Assembly: GCA_025699765.1 (NCBI GenBank)
Contig: GCA_025699765.1_4134.1
DNA: 47,489 bases
DNA from: a phage
Reading direction: 5' to 3' (one strand)
Shown piece after piece: positions 9,594-19,408 of this stretch. Position 1 is the stretch's first letter. Every line of letters starts with the position of its first letter. The notes below the pieces were generated by a model. That model was not told the DNA's origin and ran no database searches. It worked only from the letters and a program-made list of their open reading frames with translations. Both the position numbers and the translations under genes were made by a program.

Positions 9594-10057
9594 TTTCCGT
9601 GCCTCCAGGTAAAGCCATTTTTCATGTTAAATTCTTCCCTAGCCTTTACAGCCTCATCAAGTGAGTCATAGTAGCCTATATGAGTGTTTCCAGATGATAT
9701 CCTCCACTTTCCATTCCTGTATAAATTAACACCATTAAATCCAGAAGAATTTTTTGAGTTTTTCTTCTGGTTTTTTGCGTTAATGATAGCGTCAGCAAGT
9801 CTTAGGTTTTCTATTCTATCATCTCCAGCAATTCCATTTATATGATCTATAACCTTTCCTCCTGGTATAGATCCATTAAACATGGTCCAAATAATCCTGT
9901 GTCTGTAAAATCTTTCTCCATTTATTTTTACAATGACGTAGCCATCATTCCTTTTAGTTCCAGCCGATAAGCCGAGTAACCACGGCTTTCTCTTTGGCGC
10001 TAACTTGTAAAAAATCTCTCCGTCTCTATAAGAAAATAACTCAATGTAGTTAATCAT
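9590..10057 (-). CDS. HNH homing endonuclease with AP2-like DNA-binding domain
   Basis: HNH core (IDHINGIAGDDRIENLRLADAIINAKNQ) followed by an AP2-type segment (SGFNGVNLYRNGKWRISSG...GYYDSLDEAVKAREE). Inserted between the L-like and K-like tail genes; start refined to MINYIEL with a GAGG site. Confidence 0.8.
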   Translation of the reverse strand: MINYIELFSYRDGEIFYKLAPKRKPWLLGLSAGTKRNDGYVIVKINGERFYRHRIIWTMFNGSIPGGKVIDHINGIAGDDRIENLRLADAIINAKNQKKNSKNSSGFNGVNLYRNGKWRISSGNTHIGYYDSLDEAVKAREEFNMKNGFTWRHGK

Positions 10058-10836
10058 TGATTTTTCCTCTGTAGTGAAGCGACAGCGCAACCGCCAAAAT
10101 CCAGTTCATTGTTTGCTCCGAATCTCAGGCGGCAGGCCGTTACCGTACCTGGGCAGAAATCCAGAGAAGGATCATCTACCGGATTATTGTCTTTGTCAAA
10201 ATAACCGTTTTGCCCGTTGTATCCGCAGCCTTTCCCGGTTTTATACCATCCTCTTTGTGCAAAATAGCAAACGCTTTGCGTTAGTCGAGATGGTATCATG
10301 ATGCCATCCATATCATACGGAGACGTGAGATCGAAACGAGCGACACTCTTATCGACATAGCTCGGGCGTTCGATATAGTATACCAGTTTACGGTAAGCTC
10401 CATCAGCGATTGAGCCGTCAGGTTGAATTAAGTCCTTTTGAGTGATCCAGATTGTCACCTTCGCCTGCATCAATCCGTTATATGCACGAATCATTGCCGA
10501 CACTCTGCTATCAATATTTGCCACCGTTAATTGTGGTTTTGTAGCCTTGCCTGAACTGTCGAACGAGATCCCTGATATACCAAAAGGCCTCGCGCCGTAT
10601 TGCTCGCCACGGAAGGTGATTTCTTTCGGCGGCAGCGTTCCGGTTTGCTGGGCCTGCATGATTTCTTCTGGAGTGTACTGGATATTCTCGCCGTGAAATC
10701 TGTACACCTGAGCACCGAACTTACTACCATCAACTTCAATAAGGGTGATTATCTCGCCCGGATACAGTGATTGTAGGCAGTTGTGAAACAGGCTTCTCCC
10801 GCTTTCTTCATCATAAAGTTTTTTGTTTTCGCTCAT
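10054..10836 (-). CDS. Minor tail protein L-like
   Basis: gpL-like sequence with C-terminal Cys cluster (CPGTVTACRLRFG...GGCAVASL), consistent with the Fe-S site of lambda gpL. Start refined to MSENKKLY with AAGAGG site; the track ORF starts 57 nt upstream. Confidence 0.8.
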   Translation of the reverse strand: MSENKKLYDEESGRSLFHNCLQSLYPGEIITLIEVDGSKFGAQVYRFHGENIQYTPEEIMQAQQTGTLPPKEITFRGEQYGARPFGISGISFDSSGKATKPQLTVANIDSRVSAMIRAYNGLMQAKVTIWITQKDLIQPDGSIADGAYRKLVYYIERPSYVDKSVARFDLTSPYDMDGIMIPSRLTQSVCYFAQRGWYKTGKGCGYNGQNGYFDKDNNPVDDPSLDFCPGTVTACRLRFGANNELDFGGCAVASLQRKNQ

Positions 10837-10878
10837 TGATTTTTCCTCTTGTTTACCTGCAACCATTCTACAGCTACA

Positions 10879-10900
10879 AAAAAACCCGCGCAAGGCGGGC
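10879..10900 (-). terminator. Rho-independent terminator, same sequence as at 8233-8258
   Basis: aaaaaaacccgcgcaaggcggg on the plus strand reads as hairpin plus U-run on the minus strand after gene M. Confidence 0.5.
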
Positions 10901-10914
10901 TTTGTTATGTGGCG

Positions 10915-11268
10915 CTATTCCATAGATGTAAACTGCTCAATAAACGTTACGTTAATCTCCATCACGTCGCGTGATACTGGCTTCGCCCCCAGGCTGTTAG
11001 GCTTGACAACCCATACCCCGATCTTCCCGTCCGGCGGCGTCCATGCGAACGGATTAATGCGGTGAGAATCGCAGAAGTCGTAAACAGCCATGAAATCTTC
11101 CCCGGCATAGACAACTGAATACTCGCGTCGAGTGGTGTTAAATCCAGACGATGCAAGCTGCATGTAGCCATTACCAAACTGGATGGAGCGGTCGTTATTG
11201 GTAGTGGTAAGGGAGCCACCGCCCCCTTGAACCTGCGTACACCAACCGAAAGTGTCAAGTGTCGCCAT
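10915..11268 (-). CDS. Minor tail protein M-like
   Basis: 117 aa directly downstream of the tape measure gene and upstream of L, the gpM position; composition matches small tail-tip proteins. Confidence 0.7.
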   Translation of the reverse strand: MATLDTFGWCTQVQGGGGSLTTTNNDRSIQFGNGYMQLASSGFNTTRREYSVVYAGEDFMAVYDFCDSHRINPFAWTPPDGKIGVWVVKPNSLGAKPVSRDVMEINVTFIEQFTSME

Positions 11269-11270
11269 TA

Positions 11271-14144
11271 TTAACCTCCTGTTTTTTCCTGAATGTAATT
11301 ATAAACCTCGCCGCCCTGAGAACAAGACTCACGAATCATTTTTTTGAACATCATTTCTACACCCTGAGAAATGCCTCTCGGATCTGAACCGTTGTCAACT
11401 TTAACCTCCATACCCCTAACGTCAACGACCGTCCCACCTGCTGATTGGTTTACTGCCTTCGGTGCTGCTTTAGATGCGTTAAATCCAGATGTTGCCACAC
11501 TACCAGCTGCGGCAGCAAGAGAGGTAACGGCAGCGCCAGATGATAAAGACCTAAAACCGGAGGCGGCAGGCGTAGGAGTTGCCTGTGATGCCGCAGAAGC
11601 ACCAGACGACGCCACTCCAGCAAAGCTCCACGTCTTACCTCCCATCATGCCTGAGATCGTATTGAAGATTACCATCTGAGCAATCATCTTAATAATCATG
11701 CTAATGATGTTTTTCGCAAAGTCCTCAAAGTTTGCCTTACCTGTAGTCAGGAATTGAGTCATCATATCACTCATTCCGTTAAGTGAACTTGACGCGATAT
11801 CATATACGTTACCATACATATCCATTGCAGAATCGCCGTAATCTGCAAATGCGCTTTCAGCACCTGCCAACCAGTCAGCACGCTTGGCATCTTCCGCAGC
11901 ATAGTAATCATTTTGTGCTTTGATCATGTTCTGGAGTTTTTCATCTCCTTCGCTGCCACCTGCATTAATATAATCAGTGGTGATCTTAGCCAACTCAGCT
12001 TGCCGTTCCATTTCTCGGGTGCTCATCCCGCGAGACGCGTTTAGCTGCTCTGTAGCTGCCGTCAAATCATTAACAAATTTCAGTGATTTATCGGTAAGAG
12101 CGTTCAACTGCTGCTGCTTAACAATCTGATCGCCAATCTCAGCCTTCTGTTTCGCAAGCTCTAAAACTTTCTCCTGATTTGCAAGTAGTGCTTTTTCTTC
12201 CGCAGATAACTGACGCTTAGAACTAGCTTCTCTAAGAACAGCAATTGTAGCCTCAGTTGTAAACAACGCCTTTCTCTGTGCTGATAGCTTTTGACCGATC
12301 TCCTTGTGCTCCTGCAATACCTTAAGTTGAGCCTTGAGTGAAATTAATTCCTTGTCGAATTGCTCTGTCGGTGAACGTACAATTTTCGACTGCTTATTTC
12401 GCTCTCGGTTTCGCTTCTCGATCTCTTCAGCTTCTTTCCTTATTGCTTCCTTAGTTTCCTCACTGTACTGCTTTTCAAGAGTGCGACGCTGCTTCATCGC
12501 TTCAACGTATCCCATCTCGCCTTTTTCTACACGAGCGTTAATGGCGTCAAGCTCGGATGCCAACTGGTCGTAGTTGTCGCGAGAACTTTTTACGATGTTC
12601 TCCTGTTCCTTCAGCACATCAGCACCAAAATCACTCATGCCAGGCAGAGATTGCGTGGCCTTGATTGCAGAGGCAATAAAGTTTGAGATGTACTCATCAC
12701 CCTTAGCAAGAATCATTTTTACCTGAATTACCGTCCCCTGAACCACGTCAATAATCAGGTTTAATGCCCCGAGAGTATGATCCCCAACCCACCCCCACGC
12801 ATCAGAGGCCCACTGCTTAATATCGTTCCACATTTTTTCAAGAGGTGTGGCATTGTCTGCGATCGACTTCATTCGCTTCTCCATAACTTCTGCGAATAAT
12901 TTCGTGGCTTCAGACACCGCCTCAGTCTCACCCTTAGTGCGGCTTAGAGTGTCGATATATGTCAGTTGTCCTTTCTCCAGGAAGTTATATTGTTCGTTTA
13001 ACTTCTCCAGACCTTTAACCGGATCGCTTGCGATTTTGTCGAACTCAGCAATGATTTGGCTTGCTGATTTTCCAGTTGCTGCCGACCACTCAGCCGTCGC
13101 CTTAGTGATGTTCTTGATCTGCTCGCGGGTGTACTTACCAGAACTCGCCAACTCCGTTACAATATCACGAACACTTCCAACGGTTGAGTTGCTTGTCTGT
13201 GCGATCTTTTTGGCAACAGAATCAAGGTCATCAGCCGTAACGCCTGCATAACCGCCAGTCTCAATGAGAGCGTTTTGCATATCAGTGATTGACTTGTAAG
13301 AGTCATAACCAGCTTTCGCAAGAAGACCTAAAGAGCCGACAAGAACACCAATACCTGCTGTGACCGGATTAATATAACTGAGCAATACCTTAAACGTGTT
13401 GCCGATCCCGCCGAAAGAATCCTTAATCTGCCCTCCCTGCTGGATAGCAACCATCCATACAGGCATACCAGAAGCAAGAGACGTTACGACGTCTGTGATC
13501 TGCGCAGGAAGCATTCGCATTGCCTGCCTATATTGCCCTGCGCTAATGCCTGCGGCATTCATTGCCCGACCCTGATCTTTCAGTTTTGCGATTAGTGGCG
13601 CTGCTTCTTTCGATAAGCCAAGCTCAGCCGCTTTCAGTTCCATCAATTCAGCGTGAGTCTTGCCAATCGCGTTAACTTGACTATTCAGGGCATCCATGAA
13701 TGCCTTGCTTCGTGCTGCCGCCTGTTCTTTTGCTTTCGCTTCCTGCAATGCCGCCCGACCCTCTTCCGTCAGCATCGCACGACTGCGAGCAAGTTTTGCG
13801 TTTTGCATATCAAGCATTTCACCTAAACGGAAAAACGTGTCATCTGGAATAACGCCTTGCTGCCAGAGTTTATCAAGCTGCTGGGAAGCAACTTTTAACC
13901 TCTCCATTTTTGCAACTGTAGGATCGATTGCTTTCTCTACCGCTTCGTACTCTTTTCTCTGTCGCTTGAGTTGTTCTGCGTGTTCTTTAGCCTTCTGCTT
14001 CGCTACTTCCGCCTCATTGATTAAAGATCCCATAGAGTCAGCGGCCTGGTCGTTGGCCCTTGAAAACTCTTTCAGTGACTTGACGGCGCGCTGTACTGTT
14101 GACACGTCAACGTCAAGAGACAAACCTGCTACTTTATCAACCAT
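11271..14144 (-). CDS. Tail tape measure protein
   Basis: About 957 aa, strongly alpha-helical/coiled-coil (Ala/Lys/Glu/Gln-rich) with a Gly-rich hydrophobic C-terminal segment; follows the G/G-T chaperone pair. Start refined to MVDKVAGL; the track starts at an upstream TTG. Confidence 0.85.
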   Translation of the reverse strand: MVDKVAGLSLDVDVSTVQRAVKSLKEFSRANDQAADSMGSLINEAEVAKQKAKEHAEQLKRQRKEYEAVEKAIDPTVAKMERLKVASQQLDKLWQQGVIPDDTFFRLGEMLDMQNAKLARSRAMLTEEGRAALQEAKAKEQAAARSKAFMDALNSQVNAIGKTHAELMELKAAELGLSKEAAPLIAKLKDQGRAMNAAGISAGQYRQAMRMLPAQITDVVTSLASGMPVWMVAIQQGGQIKDSFGGIGNTFKVLLSYINPVTAGIGVLVGSLGLLAKAGYDSYKSITDMQNALIETGGYAGVTADDLDSVAKKIAQTSNSTVGSVRDIVTELASSGKYTREQIKNITKATAEWSAATGKSASQIIAEFDKIASDPVKGLEKLNEQYNFLEKGQLTYIDTLSRTKGETEAVSEATKLFAEVMEKRMKSIADNATPLEKMWNDIKQWASDAWGWVGDHTLGALNLIIDVVQGTVIQVKMILAKGDEYISNFIASAIKATQSLPGMSDFGADVLKEQENIVKSSRDNYDQLASELDAINARVEKGEMGYVEAMKQRRTLEKQYSEETKEAIRKEAEEIEKRNRERNKQSKIVRSPTEQFDKELISLKAQLKVLQEHKEIGQKLSAQRKALFTTEATIAVLREASSKRQLSAEEKALLANQEKVLELAKQKAEIGDQIVKQQQLNALTDKSLKFVNDLTAATEQLNASRGMSTREMERQAELAKITTDYINAGGSEGDEKLQNMIKAQNDYYAAEDAKRADWLAGAESAFADYGDSAMDMYGNVYDIASSSLNGMSDMMTQFLTTGKANFEDFAKNIISMIIKMIAQMVIFNTISGMMGGKTWSFAGVASSGASAASQATPTPAASGFRSLSSGAAVTSLAAAAGSVATSGFNASKAAPKAVNQSAGGTVVDVRGMEVKVDNGSDPRGISQGVEMMFKKMIRESCSQGGEVYNYIQEKTGG

Positions 14145-14162
14145 ATAGCCCCCTATATACGA

Positions 14163-14182
14163 AAAAACCGCCAAACGGCGGC
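14163..14182 (-). terminator. Hairpin plus U-run (attenuator) between G-T and tape measure gene
   Basis: ccgccaaacggcgg stem-loop with an A6 run on the plus strand, directly after the T-frame stop. Confidence 0.4.
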
Positions 14183-14817
14183 TTAGTTATTCTGCTTAGC
14201 AATCATTTCAAGCGCTTTCGCTTCCATGATTCTAACGTCCTGCAATGCCAGTTCTTCATCATCTATTTTATAGATTTTGAACAGCATAGGCAAAACATTA
14301 TAGTCAAGACCATAAGCTCCAGCGCCTGAACTTCTCCACTGAGTGAGCATTGACGTAAAAACATTCCACGCCTTCACCATTTCAGCGTCGCCAATTATCG
14401 TTTCCGGTTCCTCGTCTTCATAGTCAGAAAGACTGAGGCCAACCGATCGTAATTGCTCTTCTGTCGGCGGTTTCTGATATAACAGATAAACCGCCCTTTT
14501 TAGTTTTTTGCGCGGTGTCCGGCGAGCGCCTTGATGTAAGTTGCCGTCAGATTGTACGCTGCGGAAGGGTAATACTGTACCAGTTTACGCGCATTCTCTT
14601 CGTTAAATTCTTCTTCCAGATTCCATCCTGATGCGATCTTAGTGATGAAATCGCTATCATTCATTTCGCCCTGCTTCGCATACATATCTTGCACTTCTTT
14701 ACTGGAAAGGTGGCGTACTGTAAAAATAATAGTCGCATCCTCGCCGTTTGGCATGGTGAACGTCACCGGAAGTTTGAAGTCTGGAAGCTGGCCCAACACG
14801 AAATTGAATTTAGCCAT
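14183..14817 (-). CDS. Tail assembly chaperone G-T fusion, made by programmed -1 ribosomal frameshift
   Basis: The -1 frame is open across the 3' end of G and continues to a stop at 14183. The slippery heptamer A_AAA_AAC (minus strand, plus-strand coordinates 14503-14509) sits immediately before the G stop codon. Confidence 0.65.
14500..14817 (-). CDS. Tail assembly chaperone G-like (in-frame product)
   Basis: 105-aa ORF between the major tail and tape measure genes, ending at the slippery site; the conserved G/GT position. Confidence 0.7.
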   Translation of the reverse strand: MAKFNFVLGQLPDFKLPVTFTMPNGEDATIIFTVRHLSSKEVQDMYAKQGEMNDSDFITKIASGWNLEEEFNEENARKLVQYYPSAAYNLTATYIKALAGHRAKN

Positions 14818-14930
14818 GATGTTTCTCCTGATTGGTCGATAGCACTTTTTGTTAAAAGTTAAGTGAATAAAGTTGATAGGATGATTTTACAGAAATGAAT
14901 AAGGGGGCGCAAGCCCCCTATGGGTGGTAT

Positions 14931-15599
14931 TTAAGCACCAGGCGATGCCAGAGTGGATGAGATGAAAGTAAAGTCACCTTTCAGGGATACGGCGAGTTCC
15001 ACCGTTTCCATTTCGTTAACCTGCGTGGATGGGATATCGTTAAACGACAAGATGCCAGCCCACATACGCATTTCGCTCGCTTTCGGAACGTACATTCGAA
15101 CCGCTGTTACCTGACCAGACGAATCCAGCTTGCGCAGAATCGGGTAGATCGGGTTATCAAATTCGTGCGCGAAAGTGTACGTTAGCGATACCGCAGATTT
15201 AAACGTTGGGATCTGCTGCTCTTTATCGTCTGACAAGCACTGATAAGTATAATACTGCTGCTCGCCGCCGTCCTGACCAATCTCCTGAACGCAAGGAATC
15301 TCAGTCCAGCCAGTAATTTTTGCAAAGCTCATCGTACCGCCAGCCGGAAAAACAAGAGTATCAGAGGTGTCAATTCCAGCAAGAGTGATGCTTGTTTCCT
15401 GAGATTCAGTAACAATTAGCACTCGACTAGCCATCTTAGCCCAAGTTGACTGAGTTACAATAACGTAATCGCCTTTTACTAAGTCACCTTTAGATGCAAC
15501 TGTAGCAACAGGATTTTTTGCGTTAGTGACAGCGGTCGCCTCAATCTCTTTTCCGCGAGAGGTTTCCACGAAAATTTGCGCGCCATTTGGTAAGTGCAT
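14931..15599 (-). CDS. Major tail protein
   Basis: Position directly upstream of the G/G-T chaperones; about 222 aa. Start refined to MHLPNGAQ with AAGGAG site. Confidence 0.7.
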   Translation of the reverse strand: MHLPNGAQIFVETSRGKEIEATAVTNAKNPVATVASKGDLVKGDYVIVTQSTWAKMASRVLIVTESQETSITLAGIDTSDTLVFPAGGTMSFAKITGWTEIPCVQEIGQDGGEQQYYTYQCLSDDKEQQIPTFKSAVSLTYTFAHEFDNPIYPILRKLDSSGQVTAVRMYVPKASEMRMWAGILSFNDIPSTQVNEMETVELAVSLKGDFTFISSTLASPGA

Positions 15600-15601
15600 A
15601 A

Positions 15602-16000
15602 TTAAGTCTCCTTTGTGTCTACTCGTACTGTGAAACGAACTGGAATCATCCATCCGCTTTCATGTTTAACAATTTGATGCACGATTGCACCCTCAAAAAT
15701 ATAACCAACGTTAAGCATTTTACCATCTTTGAAAAAATCGGCAATCTCTTTTGCTTTCAATCTTGCCTCATCAACGCCGGAGCCTGGAGGGAACACTACG
15801 CCGATCTGAACGATTGCGATGTAAGATTTACACTTTCGGTCAATTGATAGATAAAGCGTATCCCCTTCAATGTAGTTGAACCTTAGCCACATGCCGCCAT
15901 CCTTAGGTGGTGTAAAGTTCCTGTTTTCCATGTAGTGAGGAAAGTCTCTATACTTCGACAGAAATGCGGCGCGCGCCGCCGCTGATAACTCATAGTGCAT
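15602..16000 (-). CDS. Tail terminator / tail completion protein (putative)
   Basis: 132-aa ORF between the neck genes and the major tail gene, overlapping its neighbours; assigned by position only. Confidence 0.45.
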   Translation of the reverse strand: MHYELSAAARAAFLSKYRDFPHYMENRNFTPPKDGGMWLRFNYIEGDTLYLSIDRKCKSYIAIVQIGVVFPPGSGVDEARLKAKEIADFFKDGKMLNVGYIFEGAIVHQIVKHESGWMIPVRFTVRVDTKET

Positions 16001-16502
16001 TTTGTTGTCTCCTTGCTTGCTTTATTGCGTCTGCCATATACGATCGCAATCTCAATGCAACCAGCCCGACGACGCCGTTTGGTGCTTGTTGTGAATGACC
16101 GTACTCAAGAGAGTTTGCATAAATCAACATGTTTGAGAAGTGGACGGATGTTATCGCTCCTCCACGGCTGAACATACCATAAGTTTTGGCTTGCTCCTCA
16201 CTACGGACGACGCCGCCAGTTTTATCGTATCGATTTAATGCGTAGTTAGGGATTTCGTTAAAAGTTATCTGCCAGTTACCTTTAAATCGCCCTGTGTCGA
16301 CAGGAGAACGGCTAACGAGCGCATCATGAACATCCCTCACGAATATCTCAATGGCATGCTTTAGCGTGCTTTCAGCGGCCTTAATCCACGCGTCAATCTC
16401 GCCTTGAAATCTACGAATCTGATAATTAGCCACCGACTGATACCCTCCGCAATACTGGACGATAGGCGACTGGTTCCAGTGACGCCTGAACCGGGCGAGC
16501 AT
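15990..16502 (-). CDS. Neck / tail-completion protein, HK97 gp10-like (putative)
   Basis: Contains a GRFKGNW-type motif seen in the HK97 gp10 family. The track ORF starts at TTG 16529; the true start is uncertain because of the overlap with the upstream gene. Confidence 0.5.
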   Translation of the reverse strand: MLARFRRHWNQSPIVQYCGGYQSVANYQIRRFQGEIDAWIKAAESTLKHAIEIFVRDVHDALVSRSPVDTGRFKGNWQITFNEIPNYALNRYDKTGGVVRSEEQAKTYGMFSRGGAITSVHFSNMLIYANSLEYGHSQQAPNGVVGLVALRLRSYMADAIKQARRQQNAL

Positions 16503-16806
16503 CAACGACAACATGACGAATGCCATCAATCTCTATATAGTCACCTTCGTTTATTTCATGATCATTATTGAAGATCCCCAAAATATCTGAGGCACGGATA
16601 GTTTCCCCGTCAATCTCACGCGCGTTTGGTCTTCGCGTCGCGCCGGATATTGGAATAACCTGTTCCATCGGTGGGATCTCGAATCCGTTTTCATCATATC
16701 CGTATTCACCTTGCTTTATCAGGTTCATAGGTCTTGAATGATCGGTGAAGAAATCCACACCTTTACGAGCCATCCTTTCAATCTGTGAGTAGTTCATTAG
16801 TGGCAT
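16426..16806 (-). CDS. Head closure / stopper protein (putative)
   Basis: 126-aa ORF in the connector gene block, overlapping its neighbours; assigned by position and size. Confidence 0.5.
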   Translation of the reverse strand: MPLMNYSQIERMARKGVDFFTDHSRPMNLIKQGEYGYDENGFEIPPMEQVIPISGATRRPNAREIDGETIRASDILGIFNNDHEINEGDYIEIDGIRHVVVDARPVQASLEPVAYRPVLRRVSVGG

Positions 16807-17207
16807 CCTCCACGGAGTCCTGTCATTAATGCGAATCGACCACGTCGTCGCGCTTTAAGCTGTTCGAACATCTTACCCCACGGTGTCGAAAGCATCATGT
16901 TCCCTGACTGGTTCTTCGCCACCTCTCCGAAAGTCTGACTAAATTCACCGCTCAGGGAGAATGACGTAACGCGTCGTGAGTACGATTCAATATCCTCATC
17001 TTCACCTTTTAGCGCCCCATCAAGGAAAGCAAGGTGCAATGCATAAAGAGCAAGCGCCTTGACGTATGCATCTTTAAAGGTCTTCTGGCATACAAATAGC
17101 TCAGCCATTTCTACCCACGCATAAAGCGTTTCGTCTGGAACCTTACGAAGTGCCGGAACCAGCTTTCGCATTTGCTCGATAACTGCAATTAAAGTTTCTT
17201 GATTCAT
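16797..17207 (-). CDS. Head-tail adaptor protein (putative, gp6-like)
   Basis: 136 aa with a YALHLAFLDG-type helical segment; first gene after the capsid block. Confidence 0.5.
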   Translation of the reverse strand: MNQETLIAVIEQMRKLVPALRKVPDETLYAWVEMAELFVCQKTFKDAYVKALALYALHLAFLDGALKGEDEDIESYSRRVTSFSLSGEFSQTFGEVAKNQSGNMMLSTPWGKMFEQLKARRRGRFALMTGLRGGCH

Positions 17208-17230
17208 AATTTACCCCCATAAAAAAAGGC

Positions 17231-17254
17231 GCTACGTGAGCGCCTTGATGATTA
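17231..17254 (-). terminator. Rho-independent terminator (ggcgct-acgtg-agcgcc + U-run)
   Basis: Perfect 6-bp GC stem with an A7 run on the plus strand, downstream of the 95-aa gene. Confidence 0.5.
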
Positions 17255-17539
17255 ATATTCGCCGCCGTCCTCAAGCTCTTTAACGCTTTTGCTATCCCAC
17301 GGATCTGGCTTCGTGATCTTTGCCATTTCATCGCGGATTTTTCGGTTGGTTGCACTGTCGTCTTTAACTTCGATTTCTTCGCGAGCAATTAAGCAACGCA
17401 GGCCAGGCAAATCAAGAACTGAAGCCGGAAGCGTGACCTCTTCATCTGGAAGAACTTTAGCAAAGGAACCATCTTCAAGACGGAACATCTGAAGAGCTAC
17501 ACCAACGTTTACGATAACAACAGTTTTTTCTTTAGCCAT
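17252..17539 (-). CDS. Hypothetical structural protein, 95 aa
   Basis: ORF between the major capsid gene and the connector genes, flanked by terminators on both sides. Confidence 0.5.
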   Translation of the reverse strand: MAKEKTVVIVNVGVALQMFRLEDGSFAKVLPDEEVTLPASVLDLPGLRCLIAREEIEVKDDSATNRKIRDEMAKITKPDPWDSKSVKELEDGGEY

Positions 17540-17553
17540 TTTGATTTCTCCAA

Positions 17554-17581
17554 TAAAAAAAGGGACTAACTAAGTTAGCCC
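17554..17581 (-). terminator. Terminator after the major capsid gene
   Basis: Hairpin (gggactaac/gttagccc) plus A7 on the plus strand, directly downstream of the capsid stop. Confidence 0.5.
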
Positions 17582-17589
17582 ATATAATA

Positions 17590-18549
17590 TTACACGCCAG
17601 TGATTAAGACAATAGTCATCGGGCGATAAATTGTAAGACCAGTGCACTTGGAGGTGCAAGGCACTTTAAAGTGCAAGTCTTTCGGCTGCGCTGGCAGCAT
17701 GTTAAACGCTTCCGGGATCTCGATGGACATATTCATCGGATTTTTTTCGTACACCAGCACGCCTTTAGTACCCGCACCGTCGATATCTTCAAGCTCTGCG
17801 ATAGAGTCGATTTCGATACCCGCATTCTGAGACTTGAAATAGTCCAGGTAAGACATGGTAGTTTCAGGCATACGGATCGCCAGAACCTTACGCATAGACG
17901 GCGGGATCAGGATGTTGGTAGCTCGGTGCTGGCCGCGCGTAATCGTCTCGATGGTTTCGATCGCCTGAGTCAATTCCGCTTCAGCCGTTTCCGGCTTCGG
18001 AGTTGCGGCATTCATCCACTTACCCGAGGTAATTTTGGTGATGTTCGGATGATTGAACACGGACACGATCTTGTGCGGAGCAGAACCTTTGAACACCAGG
18101 CGGTTAACCAGTTGGTCGTGTGCTAACTGACACGCGCTTGCCTTGCGAGTTGACAGTGGGCGACCAGTTGCCTGACCTGCTTTGATTTCATCAATTGAGA
18201 TCAGATACGCGTTACCCAAACGAAATACCTTGCCGAACTCAGAAGTACCCAGGGCATCAACAAGCGGCAGGTCATCTGTATAGTCAGCGATAATCTGCGC
18301 AGTACCAACCTTATCAAAGATCATATACTCAAACGTCTTGTCGGTCGGAGAAAGATCGGTAGTGACCGGGAATACTCGCAGCGCGGAGCCTACCGGGTAG
18401 TCTTCTTCATAGGACTGGCTTTTGATGCGGTGTAGTTCCTGAGCGGTCCAGATACCCATAGTTGCTGCTTCATCCTGTTTTACGCCAGCCTGGATCAGAT
18501 ACATTTCAACATTGCTTTTATCTGCTTCATCAAATTTTTTAGTAGTCAT
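17590..18549 (-). CDS. Major capsid protein (HK97 fold, lambda E-like)
   Basis: 319 aa, preceded by scaffold and decoration genes and followed by a strong terminator; composition typical of lambda-E-family capsid proteins. Confidence 0.8.
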   Translation of the reverse strand: MTTKKFDEADKSNVEMYLIQAGVKQDEAATMGIWTAQELHRIKSQSYEEDYPVGSALRVFPVTTDLSPTDKTFEYMIFDKVGTAQIIADYTDDLPLVDALGTSEFGKVFRLGNAYLISIDEIKAGQATGRPLSTRKASACQLAHDQLVNRLVFKGSAPHKIVSVFNHPNITKITSGKWMNAATPKPETAEAELTQAIETIETITRGQHRATNILIPPSMRKVLAIRMPETTMSYLDYFKSQNAGIEIDSIAELEDIDGAGTKGVLVYEKNPMNMSIEIPEAFNMLPAQPKDLHFKVPCTSKCTGLTIYRPMTIVLITGV

Positions 18550-18570
18550 GATTACTTCTCCGTAGTTAAT

Positions 18571-18599
18571 AAAAAAGCCGTGATTATGTTCACGGCTTC
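18571..18599 (-). terminator. Hairpin plus U-run between decoration and capsid genes
   Basis: agccgtga...tcacggct stem with an A6 run on the plus strand. Confidence 0.45.
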
Positions 18600-18640
18600 A
18601 ATAATAGCACTTTTTGTTAAAGCGTCAAAGTGTTTTTATG

Positions 18641-19408
18641 TTATACATCAACCTCTGGCGTTGGCACTGCTTCTACGCGATAAGCAATGGTCGCCGTCGT
18701 CTTGCTGGCATCGTTAGCCGTCCATGTGATATTGAAATCACCGACTGTTTCTCCACCAACAGGAGTCACAAGACCTGAGTCCGGATCGATGGTGGCGATA
18801 TTGGTGGCATCGATTGACCACTTACCAGTCTTGTCAGTTGCATTAGCCGGAAGAACATTCGCTACACACTGAATCGTAACATTGTTTGGCTGAGGACTTT
18901 CCTTGTTAGCGGTGATTGTAGCGGACTCAACAAGAACGACAGGTGGCGGCGGCGGTGGAACGATGAAAGCATTTTGTTTCACCTGAACCTCAATGACATA
19001 CCCGTCCTCGTGCTTAACAAAGCCGCCAGCAAAGGTCCATCCCGCGGAACCAGATCCACCAGTAACAACTCCACCAGCTCCAAACTGCAACCTTGAGAAC
19101 AAGCTGGGAGCCTCATCAAGAGAAGTAAGCGCCCATACTCGACCGTGAGAAACGACGCTGCACACTTCACCGTCGAGGATTTTACCGCTCAGGTGTTCAT
19201 ATTGGGAACGGAAGGCGATACCGTAAGGAGTCCCACCTTCATCAAGCGCCTTTACAACCTTCACTCCATCAACGATCCCGACAACCTGAACAGCCGCGCC
19301 GAACTTAATTTCACCTTGAGCAACGCAAGCGCCATCAATATTGTAGGTTGAAGTATCAGAAAGATTGCCGGGGCACGCAGGTCGCAACATTAAATTTTCG
19401 TAAGCCAT
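18641..19408 (-). CDS. Capsid decoration/cement protein paralog with Pro-rich linker and Ig-like C-terminal domain
   Basis: N-terminal ~150 aa is paralogous to the ORF at 19469-19945 (shared NIDGACV...AVQVV...VKAL...TPYG.A.RS...HGRVW). Then a PPPPPP linker and a beta-rich Ig-like domain. Start refined to MAYENL with GGAG site. Confidence 0.6.
   Translation of the reverse strand: MAYENLMLRPACPGNLSDTSTYNIDGACVAQGEIKFGAAVQVVGIVDGVKVVKALDEGGTPYGIAFRSQYEHLSGKILDGEVCSVVSHGRVWALTSLDEAPSLFSRLQFGAGGVVTGGSGSAGWTFAGGFVKHEDGYVIEVQVKQNAFIVPPPPPPVVLVESATITANKESPQPNNVTIQCVANVLPANATDKTGKWSIDATNIATIDPDSGLVTPVGGETVGDFNITWTANDASKTTATIAYRVEAVPTPEVDV

Noticed and set aside
11371-14148. Several plus-strand ORFs (11371-11679, 12334-12573, 12847-13251, 13696-14148) inside the tape measure gene
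   Set aside because: All are antisense to a long coiled-coil gene whose codon periodicity produces open antisense frames; the products are Ser/Ala/Leu-rich with no start context.
16426-16529. Apparent frameshift in the neck gene near 16440 and a missing base in the start of the 40593-40817 gene near 40800
   Set aside because: Both fall exactly on 60-nt display line boundaries, and the ORF-track proteins are consistent on either side; this is most likely a one-base display shift of single lines, not a biological frameshift.
17642-18126. Plus-strand ORFs (62 and 151 aa) inside the major capsid gene
   Set aside because: Antisense to the capsid gene; Arg/His-rich composition typical of antisense reading of GC-rich codons.
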